From NCBI RefSeq assembly GCF_001194135.2, contig NC_068986.1, positions 359,859 through 423,858 on the forward strand: a stretch of 64,000 nt of DNA, written 5' to 3'. A program made the translations under genes and the position numbers. The notes beneath the pieces were generated by a model. That model had not been told where the DNA came from and did no database searches. It worked only from the letters and a program-made list of their open reading frames with translations. This DNA comes from Octopus bimaculoides. Lineage: Eukaryota. Positions 62,601 to 64,000 of this stretch are shown here, piece by piece; the stretch's first letter is position 1; every line of letters starts with the position of its first letter.

Positions 62601-63169
62601 TGGTAGTACTAAAATTGACGATACACTGTCGGTGATAAAACATCGTTGTCAGTGAAAAGGTGTAATTCATTCACAAGGAAAGGTGCACACGTTCTATCGC
62701 CGTGTTGCCGTGGCTCTTTACATAAAAGCAACAACAACAACAACAACAACAACAGAGATAACAACGGCAACAAAAACACCTGTAAAAGCTGCAGCAGCAG
62801 CAGCAACAGTTGTTATAGTAGCGGTAGCAGGAGCAGCAGCAGTAGCAATAGCAGCAGTAAATTGTCAAAGCCAGTCTCTGAGTAGTCAACGTCATGTTGT
62901 CTTCTCTCTCATAAAATCAGTTGATATAAAGAGTTGTGGAATACCGCGTCTATCGGGCGACACAAGCAAAGCACGCACTTAACATCGTTTACAAACGAGA
63001 GCCAAGTGTTACAAAGTAAGCGGTCGAGTTTATTTTCTTCCCATAGAGGTGCTCACTCTTTCTCTACCTATCTCTTTGTCTTGCTTTTCGCATCCTTCTT
63101 CTCTCATTTTCTCTTTATTTACATATTTCTTTCTGTCTTCGCTTCTTTATTTTCAATATCGTTTATGTT

Positions 63170-63340
<171 letters not shown>

Positions 63341-64000
63341 TCATTTTGCTGATTACTCTACACTTTCTTTAGTTTCTGTCTATTTTAACTCCGGTTTTCC
63401 CCTCTTCTTTCGTTCTTTCTTTCTCTCTTTCTACGTTTCTAGCCTGTATAGTTACATCATTTTCTTTCTATTTTTCTTGCTTTATCAACTTTTTCTTTTT
63501 TCTTTCATTTTTCTTCATTTTGCGCTTATTCTTCATTCCCAGATCCATCGTTTCATTTTAGCACGTCTTGTATATTTCATTTTTAAATATCACATTTCTT
63601 CATCTTTCTTTCTGTATACCTTCAAAATAATTCCAACTTTCATTTCAATATTCTACTTTCGTTTTCAACTTTGTTTCCGACTTAATTCCGTTTCTTTTAA
63701 TTAAAATATATATTTTTTTTAATCGTATGAGTGATTATCCTTTCGTTTTTACAACTACAAAACAGGGCAGCACCGAGGTGGGTGATATACCTCTTTAGGA
63801 TCTCCCAGCAAATGTACAGAAAGCTCAAAATATTGTCAATCAAATTTTATACAGAACGAATTGATTGATTTGATGCTGTTTATTGTTTTCTTTACATATT
63901 CTTTCTGTCGTTATTTACATAATCCACTGATCCACAAAAGTGATTGAAGGACTGCGTGAATTTTCTTAATTATGTGGACCATTTTCACAAACAATGCATT

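Noticed and set aside
61975-62670. Thr-rich mucin-like ORF on the minus strand (and a Val-rich ORF on plus)
   Set aside because: Explained by (GGT)n mosaics; includes a gap; no signal peptide, domain or splice support.
63766-63777. 12-nt micro-exon (CAG|GGCAGCACCGAG|GTGGGT)
   Set aside because: Weak acceptor context and expected by chance in 64 kb.

Overview
Eukaryotic, AT-rich, microsatellite-saturated genomic DNA with 14 assembly gaps (~4.8 kb of N). The SINE families and repeat make-up look like an octopus (cephalopod) genome; this is an inference from recognition, not a search. I recognise no conserved host protein-coding exon. Almost all ORFs in the track are simple-repeat translations (HTHT/YIYI/VCVC), gap read-through or transposon fragments. 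Transposon remnants present: Tx1/L1-clade, R4/Dong-like, RTE and CR1-like non-LTR elements; Penelope-like elements (PLE: an RT remnant, a GIY-YIG fragment and pseudo-LTR ends); three mariner remnants and one Tc1 (DD34E); a probable Chapaev-type transposase fragment; Tigger-like MITEs; foldback elements; and many tRNA-derived SINEs. Highlights: (1) minimal hammerhead-ribozyme (HHR) motifs with palindromic stem III in several PLE-type termini. One family places a tRNA-like Pol III promoter directly upstream of the ribozyme with no T4 terminator between (39228-39560; second copy 10629-10852, beside an inverted GIY-YIG fragment). (2) A candidate G3:C8 core-swapped hammerhead at 15739-15789. (3) Two Tx1-like LINE fragments whose junctions lie in (GATA)n microsatellites, suggesting a GATA-repeat-targeting family.
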